64,000 bases of DNA from NCBI GenBank assembly GCA_951406725.2, contig OX597816.1, positions 155,620,001 to 155,684,000 of the forward strand. Direction: 5' to 3'. The stretch is from Octopus vulgaris (Eukaryota). This document shows positions 13,401 through 27,329 of this stretch, in pieces (position 1 is the first letter of the stretch; the number at the start of each line of letters is the position of its first letter). A program made the translations under genes and the position numbers. A model generated the notes under the pieces. It was not told the origin of the DNA. It saw only the letters and a list, made by a program, of their open reading frames with translations, and did no database searches.

Positions 13401-13683
13401 CATCACACAAACATACTTATATTGTTGAGCAGTATGTTCTTGGTTATAGCATATAACCAGTGAGAAAGATATCGTTGGTTTTGCTTCTGCTGTTGCAGTC
13501 GGTAATATTGTCAATTCATATATGGATGAATGAATGTATAGATATATAGTGTTTGTTTGTTTAATATCTGCTTTTCCATGTGAGCATATGGACTGATTTG
13601 AGGTGAGATCTTACAAATGGATGTTCTTCTTGTCATCAGCACTTAACTGTTTTGCAAGTAAAGGGGGTTTATTCCCCAGGCTT

Positions 13684-13912
13684 TTAACCCTTTAGCATTT
13701 AAACCGGCCATATCCGGCCAAAAGTATTCTGTCTGTTCTATGTTCAAACTGGCCAGATCTGGTCTCTCACACCAACCCTACAATATCGTTTTAAAAATTA
13801 ACAGCTACCTCATCAAAATCTCATAGCTACAAGATAATGCATGATTAGTTCAAGACAAAGTGGATGAAAAAGCATTAATTTTGGCAGAATAATGCGAACA
13901 CTAAAGGGTTAA
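13684..13912. mobile_element. piggyBac-like MITE
   Basis: ttaa-ccctttag ... ctaaaggg-ttaa (TTAA TSD, CCC termini); related copies at about 36649-36822, 34041-34612 and 37981-38030. Confidence 0.8.
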
Positions 13913-14939
13913 AGCATAGAGCAGATTATCATAATGCAAACAAAGAATGTGAACATCATATACTAACTCAAGTCAACTATGGGAGGTCAAAAGTCATGCA
14001 CGCATGCACACAGAGAAATTATCGGCTTCCTTCAGTTTCTGGTGACCATATTCACATACAAAGCAGTTTTCAACTCATATCTATTATAGAAAGGCCCTTG
14101 GCACAAAGTTCTGCACCGTGAGATTGAATCCAAAATACATGTGGTTGCAAAGTGAACTTTTTAATCATACAACCATAGAGAACAGCTTTACTTTTAAATA
14201 GGTGTTCTTCTGGTATTTGTCTCAACTATAAACAATCGAATAGAAGATGCAACTGATTTCAAGAAAAATAGACAGACACACACACTGCAACTTAGGATAT
14301 GTAAAACATACAAACAAAATGTCTGCAGTTTGAGAACGATATCAAGACATTCCTAAAAACCATTTATTGAACATATATGCAACAGGAATAGCTATTTCCA
14401 GCCAAAATTTATGGCAGAGGACTCACCATTCAGTCAGTATGGAGAATGCTTACAGCTACTAAGGTAAGTAAAAAAGAAAGAGGAAAGCAACTGTTTACAG
14501 GATAGGAGAATCAGCAGAAAAAGCTAGCTATGGAACAAGAGAGAAAAAGTGAAGCTGGAAACCAAAAAAACATGAGTTGTGATTTGGACATCATTGCTGA
14601 CACACCAACTTATGTTTGCTGATTTCTACATAGGAACAAAAGTTCTTTGTGAGTTCCATATGACTGAGGTTGTGCGTGTCACTGAAAAAAGTGATATTAC
14701 ATTGAAACACTGACGTCTGATAGTTCGCAAACATCATTTGGAGCATGTTGTGCTTTTAGCACAAATTGGCTCTAAGGAAAAGTTGTCTGAGATCAAATTC
14801 TACAGTGAGCACCTTTCCACATTTGTGTGTATATGAACTTGTTATAAATGATGCACACATCATTATAACATCATTTTTTACAAACTCATAATTAAAATAA
14901 ATGTTGCCATTAAAATAAATGTTGCTGGTAGTCACTGCA

Positions 14940-15762
14940 GAAACTACAAGTAGACAATGGCTGGTGAGAACTATCCAAGCCATGTACAGTGGGTGCTGAC
15001 ATTAAGATGAAAGTTGGCAATGAATTTAGTGAGCAAGTAGAAGTTCACAAAGGCTCAGTTGTTACTACCCTCCTGTTTGTCATAATCCCTCAAAGCCATA
15101 GCAAAGAAGTTTAAAACTTGTTTCCCCGGGAGCTCCTCTATGACCTTGTTCTTATAGTTAAATTTGCAGCTGAAATAGAAATGAAATTCCAGGAATAGAA
15201 GCAAAACCTGGAATCAAAGGGTGTTAAAGTTAACTTAGTAAAAACTAAAATTCTAATGAGCAGGAATGTGGAAAATGGCTCTGGTATGTAGAAAAGATGG
15301 TAGAAATTCCATATGATGTACTCAATGAAAACTGTGGATACATGAGGAGTAGTGGAATCACAGGAAGGTTAACAGAGAAAGAAGGTCTTGTGTGTGGCAG
15401 AGGCACAGGAACAATACATGGTAACACAGAAGGATGACAACAAAAATCCCTAGAGGCAGTAAATAGTTTCTGTTACCTAGGTGACTTAATTAGCAGTGGA
15501 AGAAGATGCTTTCAAGGAGTAGTTGCTAGAATACAAATCAGCTGGTGAAATTTCAGAGAATTATTACCTCTGTTGATAATAAAAGGCTTCTCTTCCACTA
15601 GTAAAGGTGCCATATTAAAAGCAAACAGTTCACTATGTAACGTTGGTTGGTGTTGGGAAGGGCAGACAATGGAGCTTGGCACAGTCCTCTGGTTCACTGG
15701 CTCTTGTCAAACTGACCAACACATACCACCATGGAGCATAGATTTGAAATGATGATGATGAT
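14940..15762 (+). mobile_element. Highly decayed RTE LINE RT fragment
   Basis: DNA similarity to the 58727-60360 RTE copy (gaatggctggtgaga..., gagctcctcta, ttcagagaattattacctctg); gatgat tail. Confidence 0.7.
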
Positions 15763-16534
15763 ATATTCATATACACACAAATGCACAGACATAGATTTAA
15801 GCATACATTTTTCCTACTTTTAAACTAAAATATCAGGTGTGCATCATACCCAAACCACAAATGCTAAATATTTACCTTGAATTGAAGGTCTAATTGACAC
15901 AATTTATATCTCATAGAATTACACATGAAAAACTGCATAAGGTAGTTTAAAAAAGTTTTTACAGCTTTTGAAAAATCAAAATACTATTTCAATTTAAGAT
16001 TATACCGTTTTTTTTTTTTTAATTTAAGAAAATCCACTCTTAATGAGCACTCTTAAAACTTTATTTTCTTCAAAAATTTCCAAAAGAGAAAAATTTGAAA
16101 TAAATTTACAGTGAAAGAAAAATTAAATTCAAATCCGATAGTGATATTTTTACCCCTGTTAAATAACTAACAAGACCAAAATCACCATCAAATCACAATC
16201 TAACTTAATTTATTCCAGCAATCAAATAAAATTCAAAGAAAATGATATACTCTGATAAAATAAAACTGAAGAAAAATAAAAAAAAAAAGATTATTTAAAA
16301 AAAAAAATTGTTTATATAAGGTGGTGTTCCAGCATGGCAGCAGTCAAATGACTGAGACAAGTAAAAAGAAAATATTTAATAAAAGACCAGAAGATGAAGA
16401 TCAAAAGTTAATATAACTTTGAGCACTTCACATAGTATTTTTCAAGTCAAGTATTGGTTGACTTTAGCTGAATCATTTACAGAGATGTAAACAGACGCCT
16501 ACATACATGCACACACACATACATAAAATGTATG

Positions 16535-16935
16535 CTTTTATTCTTTTACATGTTTCAGTCATTTGACTGTGGCCATGCTGAAGCACTGCCTTTAGTCGAA
16601 CACATCGACTCCAGGGCTTATTCTTTGTAAGCCTAGTAATTATTCTATCGGTCTCTTTTGCCAAACTGCTAAGTTGCAGGGATGTAAACATACCAACATC
16701 AGTTGTCAAGTGATGGTGGTGGTGGTGGGGAACAAACATACACACACACACACACAAATATATACATATATACGATGAACTTCTTTCAGCTTCTTCAGCC
16801 AAATCCACTCACAAGGCTTTGGTCAACCTGAGGCTATAGCAGAAGACACTTGCTCAAAGTGCCATGGAGTGGGACTGAACCTGGAACCATGTGGTTGAGA
16901 AACAAGCTTCTTACCACACAGTCATACTTGCACTT
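16535..16935 (-). mobile_element. SINE family A
   Basis: Reverse complement of the 3538/4336 copies. Confidence 0.8.
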
Positions 16936-17012
16936 ATATGTATGCATATATATGTATATAAAATATATTCATATAAAGACATACATATCTATCTATCTAT
17001 CTATCTATCTAT

Positions 17013-17047
<35 letters not shown>

Positions 17048-17086
17048 AATGAAAGACAGAAGATGGAATAGAGGAGAATTTATTAA

Positions 17087-17178
17087 TCACAACAACTGTT
17101 TCAACACATCTAGCATTGATCCCTCATGGGTGGGACCCTCAACAACTGGTTCAGGAGCAGATGTATCTCATCCGATGA
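17087..17178 (-). ncRNA. Degenerate hammerhead motif at 3' end of Penelope-like remnant
   Basis: tcat-CGGATGA (core mutated)-gatacatct...agatgtgtt-GAAAC-agttg-TT-gtga. Confidence 0.55.
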
Positions 17179-18925
17179 CGGATGATAAATAGATACGACT
17201 CATTAAAATAACAGTTCCGTGATGTAACTTCTCGCTTTGTAGAAAGGAAAGATCAAAAATACAATCACAGATTGGAAAAAAAGAGATATGCACATGCAAT
17301 TCAGTGAGAAATGTACTAAGAATAATTAATAAATATGGATAGATAAACACCCTTGGGCAAGCTGCATGGTGCGAGTGAAATCGTTCATACAAGCATCTGC
17401 AAAAATGTGAAAGGTGGTGCTCCAGCATAGCCACAGTCAAAGGACTGAAACAAGTAAAAGAGTAAAAGAGACATGCACATGTAAAGTTTGGTGCACTTAT
17501 GATCACAAAGCAAGTTAACCATCTACTTGGTGTTTGTAAAAACAAGGAGGTTAAAAGTAAACTTAAGTTATCTATAACTTAAAGTAAATTAAATTATGTT
17601 AAGAGTTACTCGAAATTCATTCCCACTGAATTGTGCAAAAGTACATTTATATGTATGTAGGCATCTCAAGAGTCTTTTAGAAATTCTATTAATGATTTTC
17701 TCATTAATCCACAGAATAGACAAGGATTCCTTGGAGCAGAGATGGCATCTTCTGGAAATTATACTGTATGGTTTCAAGTGTCTTACTATGGATCAAGTTA
17801 TGCTGTACTTCATTTTATCCTCCTTCAGCATTCAAAGTTGACCAAAGATGTTGAATGACTCTTATTGATAGTCTTAAAGCTGGCGACATAGTTATGGTAA
17901 CAATTCTTAAATGAATCAGCTGCTGGCCCAATGTAAACATACAACCATCCCCATGTGTGCACAGTACATTTATTTATAAGATTTGTATTTATACAGAGAT
18001 TCATCAAAGGACATTTTGATTTTTAGCTGCATGAGCATTTATCATATTTATTTGTATATGTCAGTCCTGACTCCATTTACCAACATTGTTATCATGTTAG
18101 ATGTATCAAAAGTATTTCTATTACTACAGTGTAGTCGTAATTGGTGTTTATCATTGCAGTTTACATATTCTTGGTTAGTATTTAGATGCATATGTTTGCT
18201 AGATCCTGTAGATGGGTTATTAAAACTTTGCTGCATTTTGCTATTGTTTATGTGATGCGTAAGCTGCTCTAAATTAGCAGAGTTGATGTAGGATATCTTC
18301 ACAGTATGCCACTTAAAAATAAATAGTATGATACCAATTATATTTAGGAAAACACTTGGACAAAGCAGCAAAAAAATTTCCATGTGAACTGAAAATTGGG
18401 TTGAACCAGCAGACATCCCGATTCCTATATCTATTGTTAGGCTTATTTGATTGTGTTGTACAGGACTGGAACAAGCAGTTGCATAATTATGTCGTGTGTG
18501 TCTATGAGTTTTCATTGGTAGTTCATTGATATGACCAATTCTTCCTGGCCTGTATTCTATATCTGAGTGAGTTTTCAAACTGTGACATTGTGTTGGTGTT
18601 CAATGTGTATTATAATTGGAGGAATTAGCAGTGTTGTGTATGCCTGCTTCTTGTATATATTGAATTTTTTCATGGTACCTAGCCCTAGCTGGAGCAGCAT
18701 GATAATTAGTTGCATGTGATTTGGAAATTTTTTTATTAGCGGATAATTTAGAAATTCATGTAGAAATATTCTTAACTAATCCCCGTGTAATCGAGGGTGG
18801 ATGGTTGGATGCTACATTAATGTACTTAATACAATCATTTTGCTTATGGAATGGTTCAAATAATCCAGTATCAGACAGAAGGTAGTGTCAAGAAAATTCA
18901 CTCTATGGTAATCTTTACCCATAGT
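17087..18925 (-). mobile_element. Decayed Penelope-like element (Naiad/Nematis-type RT thumb + GIY-YIG)
   Basis: VNFLDTTF...SNHPP; YVYIGPAADSFKNCYHNYVASF..STSL; PYS..CHLCSKE..I...C.H..K; hammerhead remnant at 3' end. Confidence 0.7.
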
Positions 18926-19926
18926 AATATATATATATATATATATACCCCCCCAACATATATACATATCATCCTCATAATCATTTAATCTGTTTTCCAT
19001 GCTAGCATGGGGTGAGTACTGGGTGGTTTTTTGTGTCACAATAATAAAGTAGGTCAAAAAAGAACAAAAAAAATGTCTTCTTGATCAAGAGTGTGTGTAT
19101 GTGTGTGTGAGGGGATATTTGAGTAGGTGGAGAGGTAATTTTCTGCCAAGGACAAACCGAAGTGTCTTGATAAAGAAAAGATATATGGCTATCCAACATT
19201 CACATAAGTGTGGGTGGGAGAATCTACGAAAAGAATAAGATGGTAGTGATGGATTCCTAGAGCAAAACCCTCAAGAAGAAGAGATAATAGAGACAGTGGA
19301 CAGGAAGGGAAAGGAGACAGGCATAAGTGTGTAAGGGGAGAGTAGCAGATAGTTTGAGATGAGCCTAGATGAGAATGTAGTGGGTAATGAACAGGTGTGG
19401 AGGTGCAACTTGATGGGAAATATCAGTGTGAGCAGGGGGCTTAGGAATGAAGACATGAGTGGGTGCTGTGAATGATAGCCCATATGCAAGGTGTTAAGAT
19501 GAAGCATGGCAGAGGAGGGTTGAGAGGAAGAATGAGAATGAGGGATGGAAGTGGAAGAAGGAAGGAAGTAACTTGTAGCCCAAAGAATTAGGGGGATGTA
19601 ATGTAAGTCAAAGAGAGAAGGTTAGCGGGTGGGGAGAGGGGTAGGAAGGTGAGAAGTGGGGAAGGCTTGATGGCCTGTATAGGTATAGGGACAGTGCCCA
19701 GTACATATGAGCATACACAAAATATTCATAGTGCTTCATATTTGCTGTTATGGATTGGTCTTCTCAAGTGCAACAAATTGCCTATAATCTCAGGGTTGGG
19801 TCACATGAATAGGCCAGCTCTGACCCTGTGCTTCTAGATTAGAAAAGAACAACTGGGAGAGAGTGTCTGCTGTTTTGAACAAAGCAACCATGGTTTTGTG
19901 GGGTTTCCACAATCAACCTCAGAAGT

Positions 19927-21045
19927 ATTCTTTTACTTGTTTCAGTCATTTTGACTGTGGCCATGCTGGTGCACTGGCTTTTAGTCGAACAAATCAACCC
20001 CAGGACTTATTCTTTGTAAGTCTTGTACTTATTCTATTGGTCTCTTTTGCTGAACTGCAAAGTTACGGGGACGTAAACACACCAACATCCGTTGTCAAAT
20101 GATGGTGGGGGAACAAACACAGACACAAACATACACACACACATGCACAAATATATATATATGCGATGGGCTTCTTTCAGTTTCCATCTACCAAATCCAC
20201 TCACAAGGCTTTGGTCAGCCCGGGGCTATAGTAGAAGACACTTGACCAAGGTGCCACAGTGGGACTGAACCTAGAGCCATGTGGTTGGTAAGCAAGCTAC
20301 TTACCACACCACTACTCCTGCACCTAAGGAATTTTTTCTTTTTTGCTTTTGTTTTTGTTATTTCTCTTATTTTCTAAGTAAACATCCACTTTATCATCCT
20401 GTACTGTCTTCAATCTTCAGTCAACCCTTGTGGTTAATAAAACAGAGCATTATTTTTTTCTTTTTACTCAGCTGAAAATAAAAATGAAGCTGAAATTACT
20501 ATCAACAATAAAATGGAACAAAAAGAAACGAATTTTTTTCTTAATTGTTTATGCAATAAATGACTGAAGATGGAAGACAGGAGGCTTGTGTAGGAATTGT
20601 TAAGATCATTGATGATGAATATCTGATTAGAACACATGATTGGTTTGGAAGTCATAGGCAGTCAGGTTAACAGTAAAAATGCAGGTGTTTGGTGATTCAT
20701 GTGCTTTCATAACAACACACACATACAGGCACACAGACACGGACACACAGACAGACACACACGCACACACATACATACACAATTGTGTTTCTTCAAAACT
20801 TTCCTTAAAATGCAAATTTTAAAACAGAATTGTACTCTTTTACTTGTTTCAGTCATTTGACTGTGGCTATGCTGGAGCACCACCTTTAGTCGACCAAATT
20901 GACCCCAGGATTTATTCTTTGTAAGCCTAGTACTTATTCTATCGGTCTCTTTTGCCGAACCACTAAGTAACAGGGATGTAAACACACCACCATCGGTTGT
21001 CAAGCAATGTTGGGAGGACAGACACACACACACACACACACATAC

Positions 21046-21087
<42 letters not shown>

Positions 21088-22275
21088 TACACGACGGGTT
21101 TCTTTCAGTTTCTGCCTACCAAATCCACTCATAAAGCTTTGGTCGGCCCGAGGCTATAGCAGAAGACACTTGCCCAAGGTGCCATGCAGTAGGACTGAAC
21201 CCGGAACCATGTGGTTTGTAAGCAAGCTACTTACCACACACCCACTCCTATGCCTATGTACAGAAATACATTTTCAAGAGCACAATTAGAAATCTGGTTA
21301 AAAAAAGTGAAAAAATGCTAAAATTTTTGAAACGAGGTGGACAGCAGAAATTTGACCCAAATAAATCTGATCCAAATATTTCTTTTTTCAAAATTGTAAC
21401 CCTCATCCTGGTAAAATGTATCTCTGTAAAATTTCGTTTAAACTTAAGACCCATAAAAACATACTTTGAAACCTAGAAAAGGAGCATCAGTCTGTAGTTA
21501 TGACACGTACATTCTATTATGTTTGTGTGTTTGTATGTATTAATGTACCACTGGGATCAACAAAGTGCTTTAGTGTCTCATAATACTACATGCATTTCCC
21601 TAACATCATTTTCCTTTACTGCTGAATATTGGTTTCAAATTTTGGCACATCACCAAGCATTTTGGGAGAGGGTGCTAGTTGATTACTTTGACCCCAGTGT
21701 TCAACTGGTACTTTAAAAATCAACCTCCAAAAGGATGAAAGACAAAGTTGACCTCGATGGAATTTGAACCCAGAACATGTAAACAGGTGAAATACTGGTA
21801 AGCATTTTGCCGGCATGCTAATGAGTCTGCCAACTTGCTAACTTCTTTACTGCTGAATATTGATTATTATTACTACTATTTCTCTCTCTCTTTTACTTGT
21901 TTCAGTCATTTGACTGTGGCCATGCGGGAGCACCGCCTTTAATCGAGCAAATCAACCCCAAGATGTATTGTTTGTAAGCCTAGTACTTATTCTATCGGTC
22001 GCTTTTGCCGAACCGCTAAGTTATGGTGACGTAAACACACCAGCATCAGTTGTCAAGCGATGTTAGGGGGACAAACACAGACACACACACACACACACAT
22101 ATATATAAATATATACGATGGGTTGTTTCAGTTTCCGTCTACCAAATTCACTCAAGGCTTTGGTCGACCCGAGGTTACAGTAGAAGACACTTGCCCAAGG
22201 TGCCACACAGTGGGACTGAACCTGGAACCATGTGGTTTGTAAACAAGCTACATACCACACAGCCACTCCTATGTC
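19927..22275 (-). mobile_element. Cluster of minus-strand SINEs: family A at 19927-20325, 20833-21254 and 21886-22275; family B at 21627-21842
   Basis: Repeated cttttacttgtttcagtcatt...gggactgaacc..accacacagcc units. Confidence 0.8.
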
Positions 22276-22997
22276 TATTGCTGATCTTTTTTTTTTTTTT
22301 TGAAGATCAAAAAGCAGATTTCTGACCTCCACGTTGAAAGATTACTGTACTGCTTCCAAGTGATTTTAATTGATTATATCAACCACTTCTTGTTACTCCC
22401 TAAAATTCCCTAACACCAGTGACCCACTGAATTGCATGTGTTGTGAACATACAACATCTAAAGGGAGGAGGTGTACTCCAGTGATGAAAAGCAAAAGTAA
22501 TCAAATATTCACAATGAAATCTGTCAGAACATTTTAAAAATAAATAGATATGTTATTATTTGTGTTCTCATTAGTTAGCATATATCCTATTAATTATAAA
22601 GAGAAATTATTTTCCTCCAATATCTAATCCAAAAGAATGGAATAAAATTGGAAGTGTTGTGCTTGAGAAGACCCATCAAGCCAAGTGAAATTGTAGTTGT
22701 GACCAATACTGGTGTTGTGTAACTGGCACCTGTGCCAGTGGCACAAAAAATATTCCATGCTTGAGAAGAAGACCCATCAATCCGAGTGAAATCATAGTCA
22801 TGGCAGATTCTGGTGTCACACAACTGGTACCTGTATTGGAGGCATGTAAAAGCACCCATTACACTCTTGAAATGGTTGGCATTAGGAAGGGCATCCAACT
22901 GTAGAAACCTTACCAAATCAGACAGGAGTCTGGTGCAGTTTGCCAGCCCTGGTCAAACTGTCCAGCCCATGCCAGCATGGACAATGGATGTTAAATG

Positions 22998-23086
22998 AAT
23001 AATAATAATAATAATAATAATAATGATTATGATAATAATAATGATAATAATAATAATAATAATAGTAATAATAATAATAATAATAA
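22998..23086. repeat. (TAA)n microsatellite
   Basis: About 29 imperfect aat units; source of the poly-Tyr ORF. Confidence 0.95.
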
Positions 23087-24650
23087 GCCAAGGTTACAAT
23101 TGAAAGAGGCATCTTCCAAGGAGACTCTTGTTCATCTCTGTTATTTTCTATAGTCTTGATCCCACTTTCTGTAGTCCTATGCAAAGTTAATGCACACGAT
23201 GAGCTGAGAAAGAATGAACCTTGTCTAAACCACCTTCTCTTCATGGATGATTTAAAACTGTTTGCAAAAACAGAGCCTGAAATAGAGAGGCTGGTTGAGA
23301 CTATGCAAATGTGCAGCAAATATAAATAAATGTGCACTGCTCTCACTCAATAATAGCAATAATGACAATCCTTTCTGCTATTGGCACAAGGCCTGAAATT
23401 TGAAGGGAAGGGGCAGTTGAATAGATCAACCCCAGCATGCAACTGGTACTTAATTTATCAACCCCAAAAGGATGAAAAGCAAAGTTGACCTTGGCAGAAT
23501 TTGAACTCTGAATGTAGGGATGGATGAAATGCTGCTAAGCATTTTGCCTGGCATGCTAACGATTCTGCCAGCTTGCTGCCTTACATAATAATAATAATAA
23601 CAACAACAACAACTAGAAAAGCACCTGGAGAGCACAGACCTCCATCAAGCAGCTCATTTCAGCCCATATACATGCATGCTGAAAATCGCCCAATTTTCCA
23701 AACCAATGCCAGCAAAAACATAACCTCCTTGGTGGGGGTAAAAAAAAATAACACAGCCATGTGATTTTAAGAAAAAAAACCCCTTTTAAAAACCTCCAGC
23801 ATCATCATCAGCATTGTCATTGCTTCCACTTCAGCCACATACACTGCCATCAATGTTATCATGACCGTTACCTTGACAGTCACTTTCACCACCACAACCA
23901 GTATAACCACTGCAATACCACCATCACACGACTAACACTACCATCAACACCACTATTATCACCATCACCTCAGCATCACACATCACATTGCTCCTGTCAC
24001 CATCATAATCACCGTTACTATTTTACCCTCCTCCCATACTTATCTCGACCAGCGTCATCATCAACACTGTCTCTAAACAGCAATGCCACCATAGGTCATG
24101 TGGAACAATGTGTTTTCAAGGGAGATAATCAAAGAATGTAACAAATGAAAAATCCTTCAAGAATCCATAAAATTTCTCAGATCACTACCAGAATTTCATC
24201 ATCTATTCTTTGTGTCATAACCAACTTTTCCTGCAAGTTTCATCAAATACCGTTCAGAACTTTTTAGTTATTTTGCACACAGATGGACAGACAGACAAAC
24301 TAACGCCAATGAAAGCATAACCTCCTTCCTTGATGGAGGTAATAATAATAATAATAATGATAAGTATATTGAGTATTGCAGACAACATAAAAGAATTAAT
24401 TAGCTTTAGCACGAAGAAATGGAAAGTAGATCTCTACTGAGACCGATTCCTGAATACAAACTGTAAGACTCTTCAGCAAAAATATGGGGATGGAATTTGG
24501 CATAGATAAGTGTGCAATATTAGTCATGAAAATAGGTCAGGTAGTCAACAGTGAAGGCATCAATTAAAAGGAGAAAGTTATAAGTATCCAGGAGTATTAG
24601 AATCTGGCAGAATACTAATTATAGAGCAAAGCCAGCCAACAGCAACAACT
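23086..24650 (+). mobile_element. R4/Dong-type RT fragments interrupted by SINE and Helentron insertions
   Basis: GIFQGDS...NHLLFMDDLKLFAK at 23100-23320; YGMEFGIDKCA-like segment at about 24480-24560. Confidence 0.65.
23610..24342 (-). mobile_element. Helentron-associated non-autonomous element, same family as 12642-13265
   Basis: aactagaaaagcac..gagcacagacctccatcaag ... ccttgatggaggtaa; shared internal segments with 12642-13265. Confidence 0.7.
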
Positions 24651-24670
24651 CATAGAGTAATAACAATTTT

Positions 24671-25058
24671 GGTTGGAAGCACTCCGTCGGTTACGACGAC
24701 GAGGGTTCCGGTTGATCCGAATCAACGGAACAGCCTGCTCGTGAAATTAACGTGTAAGTGGCTGAGCACTCCACAGACACGTGTACCCTTAACGTAGTTC
24801 TCGGGGATATTCAGCATGACACAGAGAGTGACAAGGCCGGCCCTTTTAAATACAGGTACAACAGAAACAGGAAGTAAGAGTGAGAGAAAGTTGTGGTGAA
24901 TGAGTACAGCAGGGATCACCACCATCCCCTGCCGGAGCCTCGTGGAGCTTTAGGTGTTTTCGCTCAATAAACACTCACAACGCCCGGTCTGGGAATCGAA
25001 ACCGCGATCCTATGACCGCGAGTCCGCTGCCCTAACCACTGGGCCATTGCGCCTCCAC
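24671..25058 (-). mobile_element. Young tRNA(Arg)-derived SINE (octopus OR-like)
   Basis: Head gtggaggcgcaatggcccagtggttagggc...tcg...ggtttcgattccc; CpGs intact; 11-bp TSD gtaataacaat at 24657-24667 and 25060-25070. Confidence 0.85.
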
Positions 25059-25619
25059 GGTAATAACAATAATGATAACTACACTGTTATATTCTTTTCT
25101 ACTCTAGGCACAAGGCCTGAAATTTTGGGAGAGGGGGGCTAGTCAATTAGATCTATCCTAGTACACAACTGGTACTTAATTTATTGACCCCGATTTTGAA
25201 CTCAGAATGTAAAGACAGACAAAATACTGCTAAACATTTAGCCTGGTGTGCTAATGTGTCTGCCAGCTCGCTGCCTTAATTACACTGTTATATTGGCTAC
25301 AGAAGGTAGCGGCAAGGACAAAACTGACAATAATAATGGTGATCAGTGGTGGCCACAACTACTATAGTAATATAATAATACTAATGGTAACAGCAACAAT
25401 AATGATGATAATAATAATTGTGGTGATAATTGTGGCAGAGAAAATAATAATCTCTTTATCTATCACAAAGGCTCAATGATAATAGCATTAATGTAAAGCA
25501 AAACATGTTTTATGAAACAGAAAGACAAATTAAAATAGTACACCAAATCACTTGTTCTATGGTTAATCTGGAATCATGTCCCTCAAGGGAGAGCCAGCCT
25601 AAGATCTAAAAGTCATCCA

Positions 25620-27135
25620 CTGGCCCATGTTCTTCTCCAAATATGAACCTGGATGATCACTTGAACAAGAACTGATCCAACTTGAACCCTCCGAGTTCAC
25701 CACCACAGCCATCACAAGAAGAAAAATGTAACAGGATCGAATGGACCCAGGAAGAGTATAAAGTAATATATGCTTATTACTATGTATTTGGTAAGCTATC
25801 ACAAGAAAGACACATCACAAATTCCTACAAGATTTGGAGAACACAAAATCAAGATAGCAGACCCTATTTAAATGAAAACAAGTTAGCAAATCCTAGGAAG
25901 GATATCTTCAGAAGTAATAGACTCACAGATACTGAAATAATCATGATCAAGCATGCAGTGGAAAATGACCTAAATATAAAACTGGAAGGAAAATGAAGAC
26001 CCAGACGAAGCAAGCAGCCAGCCACAAATCTTAATTGCAAGACTGTCATCTGACCAAATCATGCAAAGGCCTGAAGAAATAAGAAATTCTAACGGACCTG
26101 ATAAAGATAGCCATGAACGTGATAAAGAAACAGTATTTGAAACCTGCACATTTGCTGAAGATCATAGAGTTTATGATGAAAAAGTAGAAAATTCTGAATG
26201 TGCTTGCAATTTTAAGACATACAAATATGAATGATAAAGAACCACTTCATAAACACTTAAATACAAACCAAAATAAAAATAAATTAAAATTGACAACTAT
26301 GTAACAAAAGAAACCATACAAGAATTAAAACCTGATCTAATTGAGTTAAATGAAATTATTTACATATCTGCAAAGGCAATTAAAACAAGTTATAAAACTT
26401 TGGAAAAGCAATGGGAACCAACTTGAGAAGAAAGCTACACAAGTAAAATTGAAAAGATATTGAATTAATGAGAGAGAGAAAATATCAATATCAAATTAAC
26501 TAATCTGTAGAAATGATGTATGATCTAAAAAAGGAAGGATGATGAAAAGAAAATATGGATTTTTAACAAGAGAAGTGATATCAACAAAAGAAACACTGTA
26601 AGAAAAAATTCAAGCAAGAGCTCAAAGAATATAAAGATCTGAGAAAAGAAAGTTTTACAAGCAAAACATTTTACAGAGAAATAGGGAAAGAGAAAATAAC
26701 CAATGAAGATCCCACTCCCATAGAAGCTGAAAACTTTTGGCAAAAGATTTGGGGTGATGAGAAGACATACTATGAAAGTACAGATTGGATTATGCACATA
26801 GAAGGATCCAACCAAAATTTACAAGAACAAGCATAAATCCCTAAGGATAAATCTCTCAGCAGTTCCGGTTGTTACTTATAGCTTCAATAGCTTCTGTGTT
26901 GAATTGGAAGATCAGTGAAATAAAGAAAATAGAAAAATTTACAAGCTTCTAATTTTTAATAAAATGCATCACTCAAAGGCAGATGTGGTTCGTCTTTGCC
27001 TTCACAGAACTGAAGGAGATCAAGGCTTGATTCATTTTGTACTTTCTTAGAAAACCATCACAACTGGACTGGCCAAATATCTTGAAACAACTAACAACTG
27101 GATGCTAAAACTAGTTGAAAATCATGAGTGGTGTA
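25620..27135 (+). mobile_element. Decayed R4/Dong-type LINE 5' region
   Basis: WTQEEYKVI...YKIWRTQNQDSRPYLNENKLANPRKDIFRSNRLTDTEI; later LCLHRTEGDQGLI (LYxxRxxGGRGL-like). Confidence 0.6.
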
Positions 27136-27329
27136 ATTTTTACACCTTCATTCTATCTTGAAGGTGAGAAAAAGTTAGAATAAAGCTTTACGAAATCTAT
27201 CTCAATGAATTCCATCTGATCTCTGTGAGCATGAGAAAATTAACATTAAAAAGATGTTCGAATGGAGGTGTGTTGATGTATGTTCCAGTCAAGAGATGTA
27301 TGTTCCAGTCAAGGTGGAGAGGAGCTTCA

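Noticed and set aside
22918-23346. Poly-Tyr ORF
   Set aside because: Antisense of a LINE fragment plus a (TAA)n microsatellite
23761-24141. His-rich 126-aa ORF
   Set aside because: Low-complexity CAC/CAT repeats inside a Helentron-type element
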